Origin: a virus | Lineage: Duplodnaviria > Caudoviricetes | Direction: 5' to 3' (one strand) | IMG/VR virus record: IMGVR_UViG_3300042549_005527 | Coordinates: 1 to 60,594 of that record | Length of the DNA stretch: 60,594 nt | Part shown: positions 1 to 9,476 of the stretch, piece after piece | Layout: each line of letters starts with the position of its first letter | How positions within the stretch are numbered: position 1 is the stretch's first letter | The notes under the pieces: model-generated | The model's database searches: none | What the model was told of the DNA's origin: nothing | Seen by the model: only the letters and a program-made list of their open reading frames with translations | Translations under genes and position numbers: made by a program

Positions 1-1
1 G

Positions 2-637
2 TTTGATGTTGCCACACAACAATTGGTATTAGAAAAGCAATTGGACATCATTGATGATGGCGTAACATTTGCAACTCGCGGACTTGGTGAACTAACACTA
101 TCTGAGAACGATACACTTGATCTTACCGCAACAGATTACAGGTTTAGTGTAAAATATTTAAACCCTGCTGACAACACATATTTGCCAACTTATTCAAACA
201 CCTACTACGGTGTAGCTGGTCAAGTAAAAGTAAATCAAGATGTTTATCCTGTGTTGCAGCCCAGCCAAGAAATAATTGAATTTCAAAGAGTGTACAACGA
301 CAGCATAAGCCTATATCAACACTTTAGTGGCAACATCTATGCTTATCCAGAACTCAACGGTAATACAGCATTACACACTGTTGCCATGTACATGACCGGG
401 TTTAAAGGGACAGTTCATATTGAAGGAACTCTATACAACTCTCCTGCTGAATTTGGAAGATATGCCAGAATAGACACCCGAGTTTATGACGGATTCACCG
501 GAGTAGATTACATAAACTTCAATGGCGTCTTTTCATATATCCGAGTCATTTATCAGCCTGCAAAGAACCCTGCAGAATACAACAACGATAATCCTGCCTA
601 TTACGGATCATTTGACAAGTTCTTGTATAGATGTTAA
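2..637 (+). CDS. Hypothetical phage protein, probably structural; 5'-truncated by window edge
   Basis: Frame is open from position 2; Tyr/Asn/Gly-rich beta-type composition; no catalytic motif recognised. Confidence 0.55.
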   Translation, partial: FDVATQQLVLEKQLDIIDDGVTFATRGLGELTLSENDTLDLTATDYRFSVKYLNPADNTYLPTYSNTYYGVAGQVKVNQDVYPVLQPSQEIIEFQRVYNDSISLYQHFSGNIYAYPELNGNTALHTVAMYMTGFKGTVHIEGTLYNSPAEFGRYARIDTRVYDGFTGVDYINFNGVFSYIRVIYQPAKNPAEYNNDNPAYYGSFDKFLYRC

Positions 638-640
638 AAT
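612..640 (+). promoter_or_regulatory. Sigma70-type promoter for primase-helicase
   Basis: TTGACA(612-617)-N17-TAAAAT(635-640), 5 nt before the GTG start. Confidence 0.7.
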
Positions 641-645
641 AAAGT

Positions 646-1641
646 GTGAATGAAATACAGTCTACGCTTTTAGCATTATTACCCTCCAAAAGAAAAGTCA
701 CCATCGGTGGCTGGGACTCCTTCAATGCTCCCTGTTGCACACACAGAGGCGAAGGTCGAGATGACCGTGCTCGTGGCGGTGTACGGATAGAAAAAGACGG
801 ATTTGTTTATCACTGCTTCAACTGCAATTTTGCAGCCGGATGGACTCCGGGTAAACTATTGAGCAAAAACACCAAAGATCTATTTAGATGGATCGGCATG
901 TCGCAAGGGGACATAGGCAAACTGAATCTTGTTGCATTAAAGATCAAAGATGATCAGCCAGTGTTTAAAAAAGCATTAAAGTTTGATCTGCTTGATAGAG
1001 CGTTGCCCGATGACTGCCAGTCTGTGGACAAATGGATTGCCAGCGGTGCTACTGATAGTGAACTACAAGAAGTAATTTCATATCTAGTAGATGAACGTAA
1101 CGTAGACTGGTCTTGGTACAACTGGATGTGGAGTCCTGCTCCTGGATTTCGAGATAGAGTCATTATACCGTTTTATCAAGATGGCCGTATAGTGGGTTAC
1201 ACTGGTAGAAAGATCAAGCCGGGCAGACCCAAATATATCACAGACAGCCAAAGTGGGTATGTGTTCAACATAGATAATCAAACACATGACAGAAAATATG
1301 TAATAGTAACTGAAGGTCAATTCGATGCTATTGCAATCGACGGAGTTGGTATTATGACCAACGAACCCAACGAAGTTCAAATAATGCGTTTGAATTCGCT
1401 GGGTAGAGAAGTAATTGTTGTGCCAGACAAGGATCGCCCAGGTGCAAAGATGCTGAAAGCAGCAATCAGCAACAATTGGTCTGCCAGCTTGCCCCCATGG
1501 GAAGACGATGTCAAAGATATTGCAGATGCTGTAAAAAAATACGGGCGGTTGTATGTATTGACCACAATCCTGCACTACAGAGTGCAAGGAGAGATAAAAA
1601 TAAATTTACTGAAGAAAAAATTAGAGAACCTAGATGAATAA
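646..1641 (+). CDS. DNA primase (T4 gp61/DnaG-like)
   Basis: N-terminal zinc finger (PCCTH...HCFNC), TOPRIM motifs VTEGQFDA and PDKDRPG, KDIAD; directly upstream of helicase. Confidence 0.9.
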   Translation: MNEIQSTLLALLPSKRKVTIGGWDSFNAPCCTHRGEGRDDRARGGVRIEKDGFVYHCFNCNFAAGWTPGKLLSKNTKDLFRWIGMSQGDIGKLNLVALKIKDDQPVFKKALKFDLLDRALPDDCQSVDKWIASGATDSELQEVISYLVDERNVDWSWYNWMWSPAPGFRDRVIIPFYQDGRIVGYTGRKIKPGRPKYITDSQSGYVFNIDNQTHDRKYVIVTEGQFDAIAIDGVGIMTNEPNEVQIMRLNSLGREVIVVPDKDRPGAKMLKAAISNNWSASLPPWEDDVKDIADAVKKYGRLYVLTTILHYRVQGEIKINLLKKKLENLDE

Positions 1642-3094
1642 AACAAACTACGACTACGAAGTACAAACACTATATCTAAACATGTTTCTCAGCGATGCAG
1701 AAACATTCATAAGATGTCAGAATATTTTTGATCCTGAAAACTTTGATCAACGCTTGCAAGGTGCGGCAGAATTTATCAACAAGTATGTAGATGAATATAA
1801 AGTAATGCCAGAATCTGCAATTGTAAATGCACAGACGCGAAGCCAGTTCAATCCAGTTCCATTGCCCAGAGAAAACTACAATTGGTTAATGGACGAATTT
1901 GAAAACTTCAGTCGACACAAAAGTCTAGAACGTGCCATTATCAAGAGTGCAGACTATCTAGAATCTGGCGATTACGGACCAGTTGAAAAGTTGATCAAAG
2001 ATGCTATCCAGATCAGTTTGAACAAAGACATGGGTACAGATTACTTTGAAGATCCTAGAGCACGTTTGAGCAAGTTAAAGGACGGCAACGGGCAGATTAG
2101 TACAGGGTGGCCCAGCATTGACCGTAAGTTGTATGGTGGATTTAACCGCGGCGAGTTGAACATTTTCTGTGCAGGATCAGGTGGTGGTAAAAGTTTGTTC
2201 CTGGCCAACTTGGGTGTAAATTGGGCTTTGCAAGGGTTGAATGTATTGTACTTGACATTTGAACTTTCCGAGGGTTTGGTAGCCATGCGATTGGATTCAA
2301 TGACCACAGGTATTGGTACAAGAGAGATTTTTAAAAGCATCGACGATGTGGAATTAAAGGTTAAAATGCTGGGTAAAAAGGCAGGAAACCTACAAGTTAA
2401 GTATATGCCCTCAGGTAAAAATTGTAACGATATTCGAGCCTATTTGAAGGAATATCAGGTCAAAAAAGGTTCAAAACCCGACGTTTTATTAATAGATTAC
2501 CTGGATTTGATGATGCCTTTAAGTGTGAAGGTCAGTCCTAGTGATCTGTTTGTAAAAGACAAATATGTGTCAGAAGAGATCCGTAACTTGGCTATGGAAA
2601 CACAATGCGTTACAGTTACTGCCAGTCAGTTAAACCGCAGTGCTGTGGAAGAAATTGAGTTTGATCACAGCCATATTTCAGGTGGTTTGAGTAAGATTAT
2701 GACAGCGGATAATGTCATTGGTATCTTTACCAGCAGGGCAATGAAGGAACGTGGACGTTATCAAATCCAGTTTATGAAGACACGTAGTTCCAGTGGTGTT
2801 GGACAAAAAGTTGACTTGGAATTCAACGTAGACACATTACGTATCAGTGATCTGGGCGAGGATGATGATCAAAGCAGTTATTCCAACAAACCACAAAGTC
2901 CAGCAAACAATGTGTATTCTGGACTCAAACGCACCAGTACAGTAAGTACCACAACAGATCCCGAAACTGGGGAAATACGCGATATTGATCCCAAAATGGG
3001 CACAAACTTAAAGATCAACAAACAAGAAAACAACAGCCCATTGATTAGAAAATGGGTGCATGAGATGCCCAATCTAAATCCTGAAAAAGATTAA
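1634..3094 (+). CDS. Replicative DNA helicase (DnaB/T4 gp41-like)
   Basis: STGWPSIDR, Walker A AGSGGGKS, LLIDYLDLM, TASQLNR, KTR motifs. Confidence 0.95.
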   Translation: MNKTNYDYEVQTLYLNMFLSDAETFIRCQNIFDPENFDQRLQGAAEFINKYVDEYKVMPESAIVNAQTRSQFNPVPLPRENYNWLMDEFENFSRHKSLERAIIKSADYLESGDYGPVEKLIKDAIQISLNKDMGTDYFEDPRARLSKLKDGNGQISTGWPSIDRKLYGGFNRGELNIFCAGSGGGKSLFLANLGVNWALQGLNVLYLTFELSEGLVAMRLDSMTTGIGTREIFKSIDDVELKVKMLGKKAGNLQVKYMPSGKNCNDIRAYLKEYQVKKGSKPDVLLIDYLDLMMPLSVKVSPSDLFVKDKYVSEEIRNLAMETQCVTVTASQLNRSAVEEIEFDHSHISGGLSKIMTADNVIGIFTSRAMKERGRYQIQFMKTRSSSGVGQKVDLEFNVDTLRISDLGEDDDQSSYSNKPQSPANNVYSGLKRTSTVSTTTDPETGEIRDIDPKMGTNLKINKQENNSPLIRKWVHEMPNLNPEKD

Positions 3095-3645
3095 AACCAA
3101 GCGTTGATTCTGTATGCAGCGGCAGCATCCAGAGCTGCACGCCATTGATCCGGACCTTCTCCGGCAAACACATTGTCCAGTGTTGCTGGAGAAACTTCCC
3201 ATTTGTGCGGTTCTTCTCGAGATCTAGGATCCAACTGCTGATCCAATCTGCCGTCATCCCATAACCAATATCCGGCACAGGCTCTGAAGTATTTGGGGCC
3301 TTCGCCTTGACTGATTGCGGCCAGCACACTGACATCGTTGGTCACTGCCAGCTCGTTGTTTAACAGCACCGTGCTCATGCCACGCCAGTCGGTGCTGTGT
3401 ACCACGTGAATTTTGTTTTGCCCAATATTGCCACCGTAGTACAGCGGATCAGATCCATTGTATTCTATGCCAATGTTGTCAGCCACAGTTTGGAGATCAA
3501 TGTCTTCCATGGGATTATTGAGTTGCAAGCCTATGCCCAAACGATTGGTATGAGTCACAATCAACAACACACTTTTGCTCAATTCGTCCTGAGGGTTGTG
3601 CGGGTTGGCCAATAATAAATGTCCGGGGTATTTTTTCTTTGTCAT
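3091..3645 (-). CDS. YqgE/AlgH (DUF179) family protein
   Basis: GHLLLANP, SVLLIVTH, GLQLNNP, YYGG, CAGYWLW..GRL and final W..AL motifs. Confidence 0.85.
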   Translation of the reverse strand: MTKKKYPGHLLLANPHNPQDELSKSVLLIVTHTNRLGIGLQLNNPMEDIDLQTVADNIGIEYNGSDPLYYGGNIGQNKIHVVHSTDWRGMSTVLLNNELAVTNDVSVLAAISQGEGPKYFRACAGYWLWDDGRLDQQLDPRSREEPHKWEVSPATLDNVFAGEGPDQWRAALDAAAAYRINAWF

Positions 3646-3652
3646 GTGTAAG

Positions 3653-3671
3653 AATATTTATGGTATAAATA
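3653..3671. promoter_or_regulatory. Back-to-back T4-type late promoter cores
   Basis: TATAAATA at 3664-3671 (+) and ATAAATA on the minus strand; TAAATA cores also precede genes near 4905, 25077, 55748 and 59795. Confidence 0.55.
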
Positions 3672-3678
3672 ACACATC

Positions 3679-4371
3679 ATGTCACAAAATCGTCACGCAG
3701 ATCCCATACGTTACAATGCCACACTGAATCCATTGCTGTGGGATGGAGATCGTTTGAAAAGTGAAGTACGCGGCGCACTCATGCGTATGGCTGAAGATTT
3801 CCAAACATTTGTGGCGGTGCCTTTTGAAGTCACAGATGTGATCATCACCGGCGGCAACGTGAACTACAACTACACCAGTCACAGCGACATAGATCTGCAT
3901 TTGATTGCAGATTTTGACAGCATCACCTGTGATCGCGAAGTGGCTGAACTGTTTGATACCAAGCGCCTGCTGTATCGTCGTCGTTACGATCTAACCATAC
4001 ATGATGTACCCGTGGAACTGTATGTGGAAGATCAACGAATACCCGCAGTTTCTGCAGGCCTGTTCAGTGTACGACACAATCGTTGGTTGCGCAAACCACA
4101 ACAACAGCAGGTTCAACATGACCAAGCTGCTGTTGAACACTGGACCGGAATCTGGACCACAGTGTTGCAAGCGGCCATGCGTACAGGGGATTTACAAGTG
4201 TGCAGAAATGCTGTAAACTTGTTACGCAGTTACAGAAAACTGGGCCTGAGCACCAATTCCGGTGAATTCAGCATACCCAATCTGGTGTTCAAAAGTCTGC
4301 GCAATGATTCCGTAATACAAGGCATCACTGTGCTGATAGATCGACTGCATGATCAAGAATTGAGTATTTAA
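3679..4371 (+). CDS. Phage nucleotidyltransferase (Pol-beta superfamily)
   Basis: hG[GS]...DxD motif ITGGNVNYNYTSHSDIDLHL; third acidic residue in VELYVED. Confidence 0.75.
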   Translation: MSQNRHADPIRYNATLNPLLWDGDRLKSEVRGALMRMAEDFQTFVAVPFEVTDVIITGGNVNYNYTSHSDIDLHLIADFDSITCDREVAELFDTKRLLYRRRYDLTIHDVPVELYVEDQRIPAVSAGLFSVRHNRWLRKPQQQQVQHDQAAVEHWTGIWTTVLQAAMRTGDLQVCRNAVNLLRSYRKLGLSTNSGEFSIPNLVFKSLRNDSVIQGITVLIDRLHDQELSI

Positions 4372-4905
4372 ATGCCCACATTGTACATAGACATGGATGG
4401 CGTAGTGGCCGATTTCAACACTGCTGCCCAACACCTAATTCAGGCCACTGATGAACAACGACAACAAGCTGATCAAGCTGGACGTTGGCCTACCGAAATA
4501 TGGAGTCAGTTGCTGAACCATCCGAGATTTTACAGAGATTTACCGCTCATGCCCGGTGCCCTGCAACTGATGGCCACTGCACACCTGTTTGAAACCCTGC
4601 CGGGCTGGCGCCTGCGCATGTTGACAGCTATTCCCAAGGGCAACGACATGCCCGATTGCTTTCACGACAAAATAGACTGGATGCAACGACACTGGCCCGA
4701 TGTGCGTGTGTGCTTTGGACCCTACAGTCATGACAAACAACACCATTACCGAGAAGGCGACATCTTGGTAGACGATCGTGTGTCAAACTGCGAAGAATGG
4801 CGGGCTCGTGGCGGACGGGCTATACTGGTAAAAGATGTGCGAGAAGCCACAGCAGAATTGGATGAGATTTGGACTGAATTGAACCAAACCTTCCTGTGGG
4901 ACTGA
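4372..4905 (+). CDS. 5'(3')-deoxyribonucleotidase, HAD/NT5C family
   Basis: YIDMDGVVADF motif I, K..W, ILVDDR..NCEEW...GG. Confidence 0.85.
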   Translation: MPTLYIDMDGVVADFNTAAQHLIQATDEQRQQADQAGRWPTEIWSQLLNHPRFYRDLPLMPGALQLMATAHLFETLPGWRLRMLTAIPKGNDMPDCFHDKIDWMQRHWPDVRVCFGPYSHDKQHHYREGDILVDDRVSNCEEWRARGGRAILVKDVREATAELDEIWTELNQTFLWD

Positions 4906-4945
4906 TAAATAACACAATGCCCAACAGGCACAAGAGGAAAAAATC

Positions 4946-5176
4946 ATGACATATCTAGTAAGAGTTTACGAAGATTCTGAATACGCTACCTGGACTGACA
5001 CCGAGCATGTCACACAACCGGCTGCATATGCACAACTTTGGCAGGACGCAATTCCGTTGCCGTTAGACACAGAGTTGACCACTGTACAGCCCACACCGTG
5101 GGGATTTGCCATTGCTGATCAAGGTGTTTGGATACACAGCAGCAGACCCGAAATTGTGGGTCAGCCCGTGGCCTAA
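4946..5176 (+). CDS. Hypothetical protein
   Basis: GAGGA RBS and ATG, downstream of a TAAATA core. Confidence 0.55.
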   Translation: MTYLVRVYEDSEYATWTDTEHVTQPAAYAQLWQDAIPLPLDTELTTVQPTPWGFAIADQGVWIHSSRPEIVGQPVA

Positions 5177-5245
5177 TTGCAGCCCGCTTCGGGGTCACAC
5201 AGCCCTGAAAATTTTGTAAAAAAAATTTTAAAAAGCAATTTCTCA

Positions 5246-5947
5246 GTGATTCCCAATCACATAGTGGCCATCACAGTGAGCACAAACTACAGTGACCTAC
5301 TGTCACAGGTGTTGTCCCACAATTACCAATATTTTGATCACTGGTACATAGTGACAGCAGCCACAGATCAAGCCACCATAGACACAATCCAATCCAGCCC
5401 AGCACAGGATCGAATCACTGTGTTGTATCATGAGTTTGCACATGAATTCCACGATCCTGTGCGCAATTGCAGTCAACAGCGTTGGTTTGACAAAGGTGGT
5501 GCCATACGTGAAGCTCAACTGCGGGCACACAGCGAATGGCCCACGAGTTGGTACTTGATCATGGACACTGATATACTGATACGCTCGGCGAGAGACATCA
5601 TCACCCAACACTTGTGCCCAGACTTCCTGTACCACCCACAGGCTCGTTATGATTATGCCACAGCCCAAGACTATGCACAGGGTCGAATCTCAGCTGACTA
5701 CTGGTGCGGTGCAGAACCCAGACCCATAGGCTTTTTTCAACTGTATGCCAGAACTAGAACTAGAGCAGATAGACTGTACCAAGCCAGCTTGGACACCAAC
5801 TGGTGTGATGATGAATTTGCAGCACTGTGGCCCGAATGCCAGCACAGAACACTGCCGATCACAGTGGATCATTTGGGATACTGGGCCCCGGGCATGACAG
5901 CGACGCATCGTGGACGTGATCTGGGCCAGGGCTGGAAGAGCCAGTAG
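5246..5947 (+). CDS. Putative glycosyltransferase (GT-A fold)
   Basis: AITVSTNYSD, FDKGGAI, DxD in LIMDTDI, GFFQL, HLG; start moved to GTG 5246. Confidence 0.65.
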   Translation: MIPNHIVAITVSTNYSDLLSQVLSHNYQYFDHWYIVTAATDQATIDTIQSSPAQDRITVLYHEFAHEFHDPVRNCSQQRWFDKGGAIREAQLRAHSEWPTSWYLIMDTDILIRSARDIITQHLCPDFLYHPQARYDYATAQDYAQGRISADYWCGAEPRPIGFFQLYARTRTRADRLYQASLDTNWCDDEFAALWPECQHRTLPITVDHLGYWAPGMTATHRGRDLGQGWKSQ

Positions 5948-5982
5948 TCCCGCGGGGCGAAGCCCGCAGCAGCAAAAATTTT

Positions 5983-6762
5983 TTACACCGGTACTATTCC
6001 AGCAGCAGCCAAAGCTGGAATCACTAGACTGTGTGCCCATGCCCGTAGTGTGGCAGGACCCGGATGATAAGCACCGTCTAGCCCAACATCTCTGGCAGCA
6101 TCTGCAACACAGCCCCAAGCACCTATAGTGCCCCAAGCCGCAGGCCCGTAGTTGTAAGCATAGTGTTCTATCACGGGACATGACCATAAGTTACGCACAC
6201 TGAGTGACACAAAGTTCAAATACTCGCGTATGTGTGTTTCGTGTGTGATCCACCCTGAAGCCAAGGTGCTCATGTGTGCATTCCAAGGTCCCCAGTTGCG
6301 TACTGAGCCGGAACCCACAAATTCAGTGAGTCTGTGCATGCCGGGCCATAGATACACCACAGCACGTGGACGCACACCAGCTGCATACAGAATGTTTGAA
6401 TTGGCCCATTGAAATAACGGATCTGTGGCACCCTGCCCTAGATTGACCACAGGTGAGCGCAAATGACCAGCAACATGAGCAGTCATGGTTTGTGAATCAT
6501 CAACTCCGGGTGCAAACTGATAACTGCATCCAAACATCAGCACTGAGTTAGGCCAATCCACTGAGTCAAATTCAGGAGCACGATAACCTTGCGAATTCAC
6601 TGTGTAGCGTACAGGTGCTGTGCGCCAAGGCCAGTCTGCGGGTTGATGTTGTAGATTGTGAGCGTACAGTTCACGACTGTCGTTGCCGTAGAAATCAGGT
6701 GGTTCACAGCGCAAACCGTGCCAGGAACTGCGTAGTAATGAGACAGGTTGATCAGTGTGCAT
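5983..6762 (-). CDS. SGNH/GDSL-like protein
   Basis: NSQGYR, FGCS, NLGQGA, C-terminal D..HPG. Confidence 0.6.
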   Translation of the reverse strand: MHTDQPVSLLRSSWHGLRCEPPDFYGNDSRELYAHNLQHQPADWPWRTAPVRYTVNSQGYRAPEFDSVDWPNSVLMFGCSYQFAPGVDDSQTMTAHVAGHLRSPVVNLGQGATDPLFQWANSNILYAAGVRPRAVVYLWPGMHRLTEFVGSGSVRNWGPWNAHMSTLASGWITHETHIREYLNFVSLSVRNLWSCPVIEHYAYNYGPAAWGTIGAWGCVADAARDVGLDGAYHPGPATLRAWAHSLVIPALAAAGIVPV

Positions 6763-6949
6763 ACCAGTATTTACACACACCGGGGGTCTAGCAGGGCTAA
6801 AAAATTGCTGCGCAAAAATTAAGCGGTTTTGGTTTTAGTTTGGGAGGGGTTTCTAATCTAACGGGGGCTTTTTGCATGTGCTTGTTGTTTTTTTACAACA
6901 GTATTGTGTAGTGTGACCCCCCACCTCCAGGAGCCACACCTGACCACCA

Positions 6950-7237
6950 TCAGTCCGATTCCAAGTCCAACTCCTGCACATCCCAACGCTCATCACCAAA
7001 GTCGTAGCCTTCTTCTTCCAGCTGTTTCACAGCTTCGTTGAATGCGTCCTGAATGTTCCATACCAAGGCAGCAGTCTTCTCATCCTTCCGGCGCCGTGCT
7101 CTAGCTGTGCCTGCTTGGTACACTACGGCTAGATGTTCAGCACAGTAGCTGTGCCCGTCCCGTGCGGCCAGTGTGCATGTAGGGCTGTGTCCGTGTGCGC
7201 CAATGTACTGGCACTGTGTTGTTGCGGCGTGTTTCAT
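6950..7237 (-). CDS. Hypothetical Cys/His (zinc-binding) protein
   Basis: CQYIG...C...YCAEH; start at ATG 7237. Confidence 0.55.
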   Translation of the reverse strand: MKHAATTQCQYIGAHGHSPTCTLAARDGHSYCAEHLAVVYQAGTARARRRKDEKTAALVWNIQDAFNEAVKQLEEEGYDFGDERWDVQELDLESD

Positions 7238-7238
7238 G

Positions 7239-7466
7239 TTAGTCTTCCTGTTCCAAACGACGAATCTCTTGTCGGATCTTTTCCAAATGTTCTTCAGGCA
7301 AGGTAGCAATGAACACCATGCCTGCTTCGTAGCCTTCTCTGCGTGTGAGTGCTTCGCTGCCCCAGTACAAGGCCACAATGCTCCAGAATGCCCATGTGTC
7401 CCAGGCTATTTCCAACACACTGAGCACTAGGCCCAGTGTGGTGTACAGTGCAATACGCTGTAACAT
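7239..7466 (-). CDS. Small membrane protein
   Basis: Two hydrophobic segments, charged tail; TAATG coupling with the upstream ATPase gene. Confidence 0.6.
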   Translation of the reverse strand: MLQRIALYTTLGLVLSVLEIAWDTWAFWSIVALYWGSEALTRREGYEAGMVFIATLPEEHLEKIRQEIRRLEQED

Positions 7467-8341
7467 TAGGCTCGCTTCATACAGGTTGTTCTAGCCATTG
7501 CTTGCCAGCTCTTGGGAAACGCCTTGCGCAGGTCCGCAACCTTCAGCACCATACGCAGGCTCAGCTCACGCAGGTGCTCTTTGTTGGTGTTGATAAACGC
7601 CACCACTTCGGCCACAGTGCTCTTGTCAAACTCGTAACGGTCCAACATGCCAGTTTCCACAATGGCCTTGATCCACAACAGCTTCTCTCTGCTGGTGTCC
7701 ATTTCCAAGTCCATGTAGTGGCAACGGCTTTCCAGTGCATCCAAGTGACTGCGGAGCTTCTTGCTACGCACATGCTCGAACTTGATGTTGGTGATGAAGA
7801 TAGCCGCACCCTTGAACTCGAAGCGATCCGGAATGCCTTCGCTACGCAGGATCCGGCTGTCGGTGTTCCAGCTGATGAAGCGACGAGCATTGGAGTCCAA
7901 AGCACCTTTCAGGATGTTGAGGCTCAGCTCTTCCTGCAGGATGTCGTCACAGTCGTCAAACACCAAGACTGATTTGCTATCGCTGAACTCGTACAATTTT
8001 GAGTACAAGCCGATGGAGCTCATGGCACCCTTGACCACTTCAAACCTGGGCTTGCGCTCGCCCAGCACATCGAACAGGCCGTCCTTTTGCAGTACTGCTT
8101 CCACGTTGTGGCTCTTGCCCACGCCGGGAGGACCCGACACAATCATGGCACGTACATCGCCCGACTTCACAGCCTTGGTCATTTCGGTAAGAATGTCAAA
8201 ACGCTCACGCAGGCGTGACAGGATCTGCTCGTCAGTCTCTTTCTCAACTGCGGCTTCTTTGGCCGCAATAGCATCGGTGTCAAACTCGATAACGTTGCTG
8301 ACTGCCTTAGAAGGCTTGCGGGCGGCTTTGGTTGCTGGCAT
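7466..8341 (-). CDS. AAA+/P-loop ATPase
   Basis: Walker A GPPGVGKS, Walker B VLVFDDCD, IFITN, ALESRC; start moved to ATG 8341 behind RBS and promoter. Confidence 0.85.
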   Translation of the reverse strand: MPATKAARKPSKAVSNVIEFDTDAIAAKEAAVEKETDEQILSRLRERFDILTEMTKAVKSGDVRAMIVSGPPGVGKSHNVEAVLQKDGLFDVLGERKPRFEVVKGAMSSIGLYSKLYEFSDSKSVLVFDDCDDILQEELSLNILKGALDSNARRFISWNTDSRILRSEGIPDRFEFKGAAIFITNIKFEHVRSKKLRSHLDALESRCHYMDLEMDTSREKLLWIKAIVETGMLDRYEFDKSTVAEVVAFINTNKEHLRELSLRMVLKVADLRKAFPKSWQAMARTTCMKRA

Positions 8342-8400
8342 AGTGTTTCCTCTGTGTGTTGTTGAAGTGTGTATTATAACAAGAATCTTGCGGTGTGTCA

Positions 8401-8464
8401 AGCTCTTTGTTGAATGCTGGACTCATTTCCTTCGTCGCTCGGCCCAGCATTCAACAAAGGGCTC
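8401..8464 (-). other. Long intergenic hairpin
   Basis: 16-bp perfect arms CTTTGTTGAATGCTGG (8405-8420) and CCAGCATTCAACAAAG (8444-8459), extendable to about 20 bp. Confidence 0.75.
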
Positions 8465-8476
8465 GCGCCCTCTGTG

Positions 8477-8827
8477 TCAGTCCATACGTGAGCCGGCGTA
8501 GACCTTTTCCAAGCCCAGCTTCTGCTTCAGCACCTCTGCGTAGGCATAGGCACCTGCTTCCAAAATGTCCAAGCTCTGTGCGGCCGCCTTGCCCGGGTTC
8601 CACAATTGCAACGAGCCGGTGTAGTCCTTGCGGAAGCCTGCGGCCTGCAGGGCCTTGCCCAGTTTGCTGTTGCTACGCACGCCCCACACATTGACCCAAG
8701 CAAAGCCACATGCGCCGCGGTCACCGCCCAGTGCGGCCAGTGTCTGCTTGCAGGCTGTACGGGCTTGGTGGGCGGCTTCGTTGCAGGCGTCTTGCACGAG
8801 GTCCAGGTTAAAGTCTTTTGCAGTCAT
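8477..8827 (-). CDS. Conserved phage hypothetical protein
   Basis: CGFAWV...SRMD; own promoter and RBS. Confidence 0.8.
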   Translation of the reverse strand: MTAKDFNLDLVQDACNEAAHQARTACKQTLAALGGDRGACGFAWVNVWGVRSNSKLGKALQAAGFRKDYTGSLQLWNPGKAAAQSLDILEAGAYAYAEVLKQKLGLEKVYAGSRMD

Positions 8828-8889
8828 TTAGTGCTCCTGTTGTGTTAGTGTGTATGTATTATAGTCTCAATTTGTCAATCTGTCAACCG

Positions 8890-9016
8890 ACCCTATTCTC
8901 TGTAGGGTTATTATATCCGTTGCCCCACCTAAGTGCCCTAGTTCCTCTAGGGCTTTAACACTGTTCCTCAGCGTCCTTAAATGCTCTTTACTTCAGCAAC
9001 CTTATTCTTTCTTCTT
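8890..9016 (-). ncRNA. Candidate small RNA with two AGGAA-loop hairpins
   Basis: Own consensus promoter (9023-9051); no RBS-ATG; GACGCUG-AGGAA-CAGUGUU and GCCCUAG-AGGAA-CUAGGGC closed by GUUGCU/GGCAAC. Confidence 0.65.
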
Positions 9017-9063
9017 GTATGTATTATAACGTCTTTTCAAAGACCTGTCAACCAGTAGGGCTA

Positions 9064-9414
9064 TTAGCTAGCCCGCACTCGTTGCGCCACTGCCTCGAGC
9101 TTCTTGTCGTTAGTGTTCACTAACATATAGGTATCGTATTCCACCATGTCAAAACGCTGGAACTGGAACTCTACGCCCTGTGCTTTGAGCACTCGGTTAA
9201 CTTCTACTAGGGTAGCTTCTGCCACTGCAATGCCCACACGGACATCAATGTCTTCTACTTCTTCAAATTTAGCCTTGGCCAGGATGTCTTCTATGTTGCT
9301 GGGGCTGTCCAGGACTAGGAACTTGCGGAGCTTCTTGTTTAAGCTCTCGTTGCAGTAGTCCTCTAGGTGGTCACCTAGTTCGTTGCTGTCTATGTCTTTA
9401 AGTGTCTTAGCCAT
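9064..9414 (-). CDS. Hypothetical protein
   Basis: Promoter 9445-9473, GGGAG RBS, ATG 9414. Confidence 0.75.
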   Translation of the reverse strand: MAKTLKDIDSNELGDHLEDYCNESLNKKLRKFLVLDSPSNIEDILAKAKFEEVEDIDVRVGIAVAEATLVEVNRVLKAQGVEFQFQRFDMVEYDTYMLVNTNDKKLEAVAQRVRAS

Positions 9415-9476
9415 CTGTCGCTCCCTTTGTGTTAGTGTGTATGTATTATAACAAGGTTTTGCCAAGTTGTCAACTG

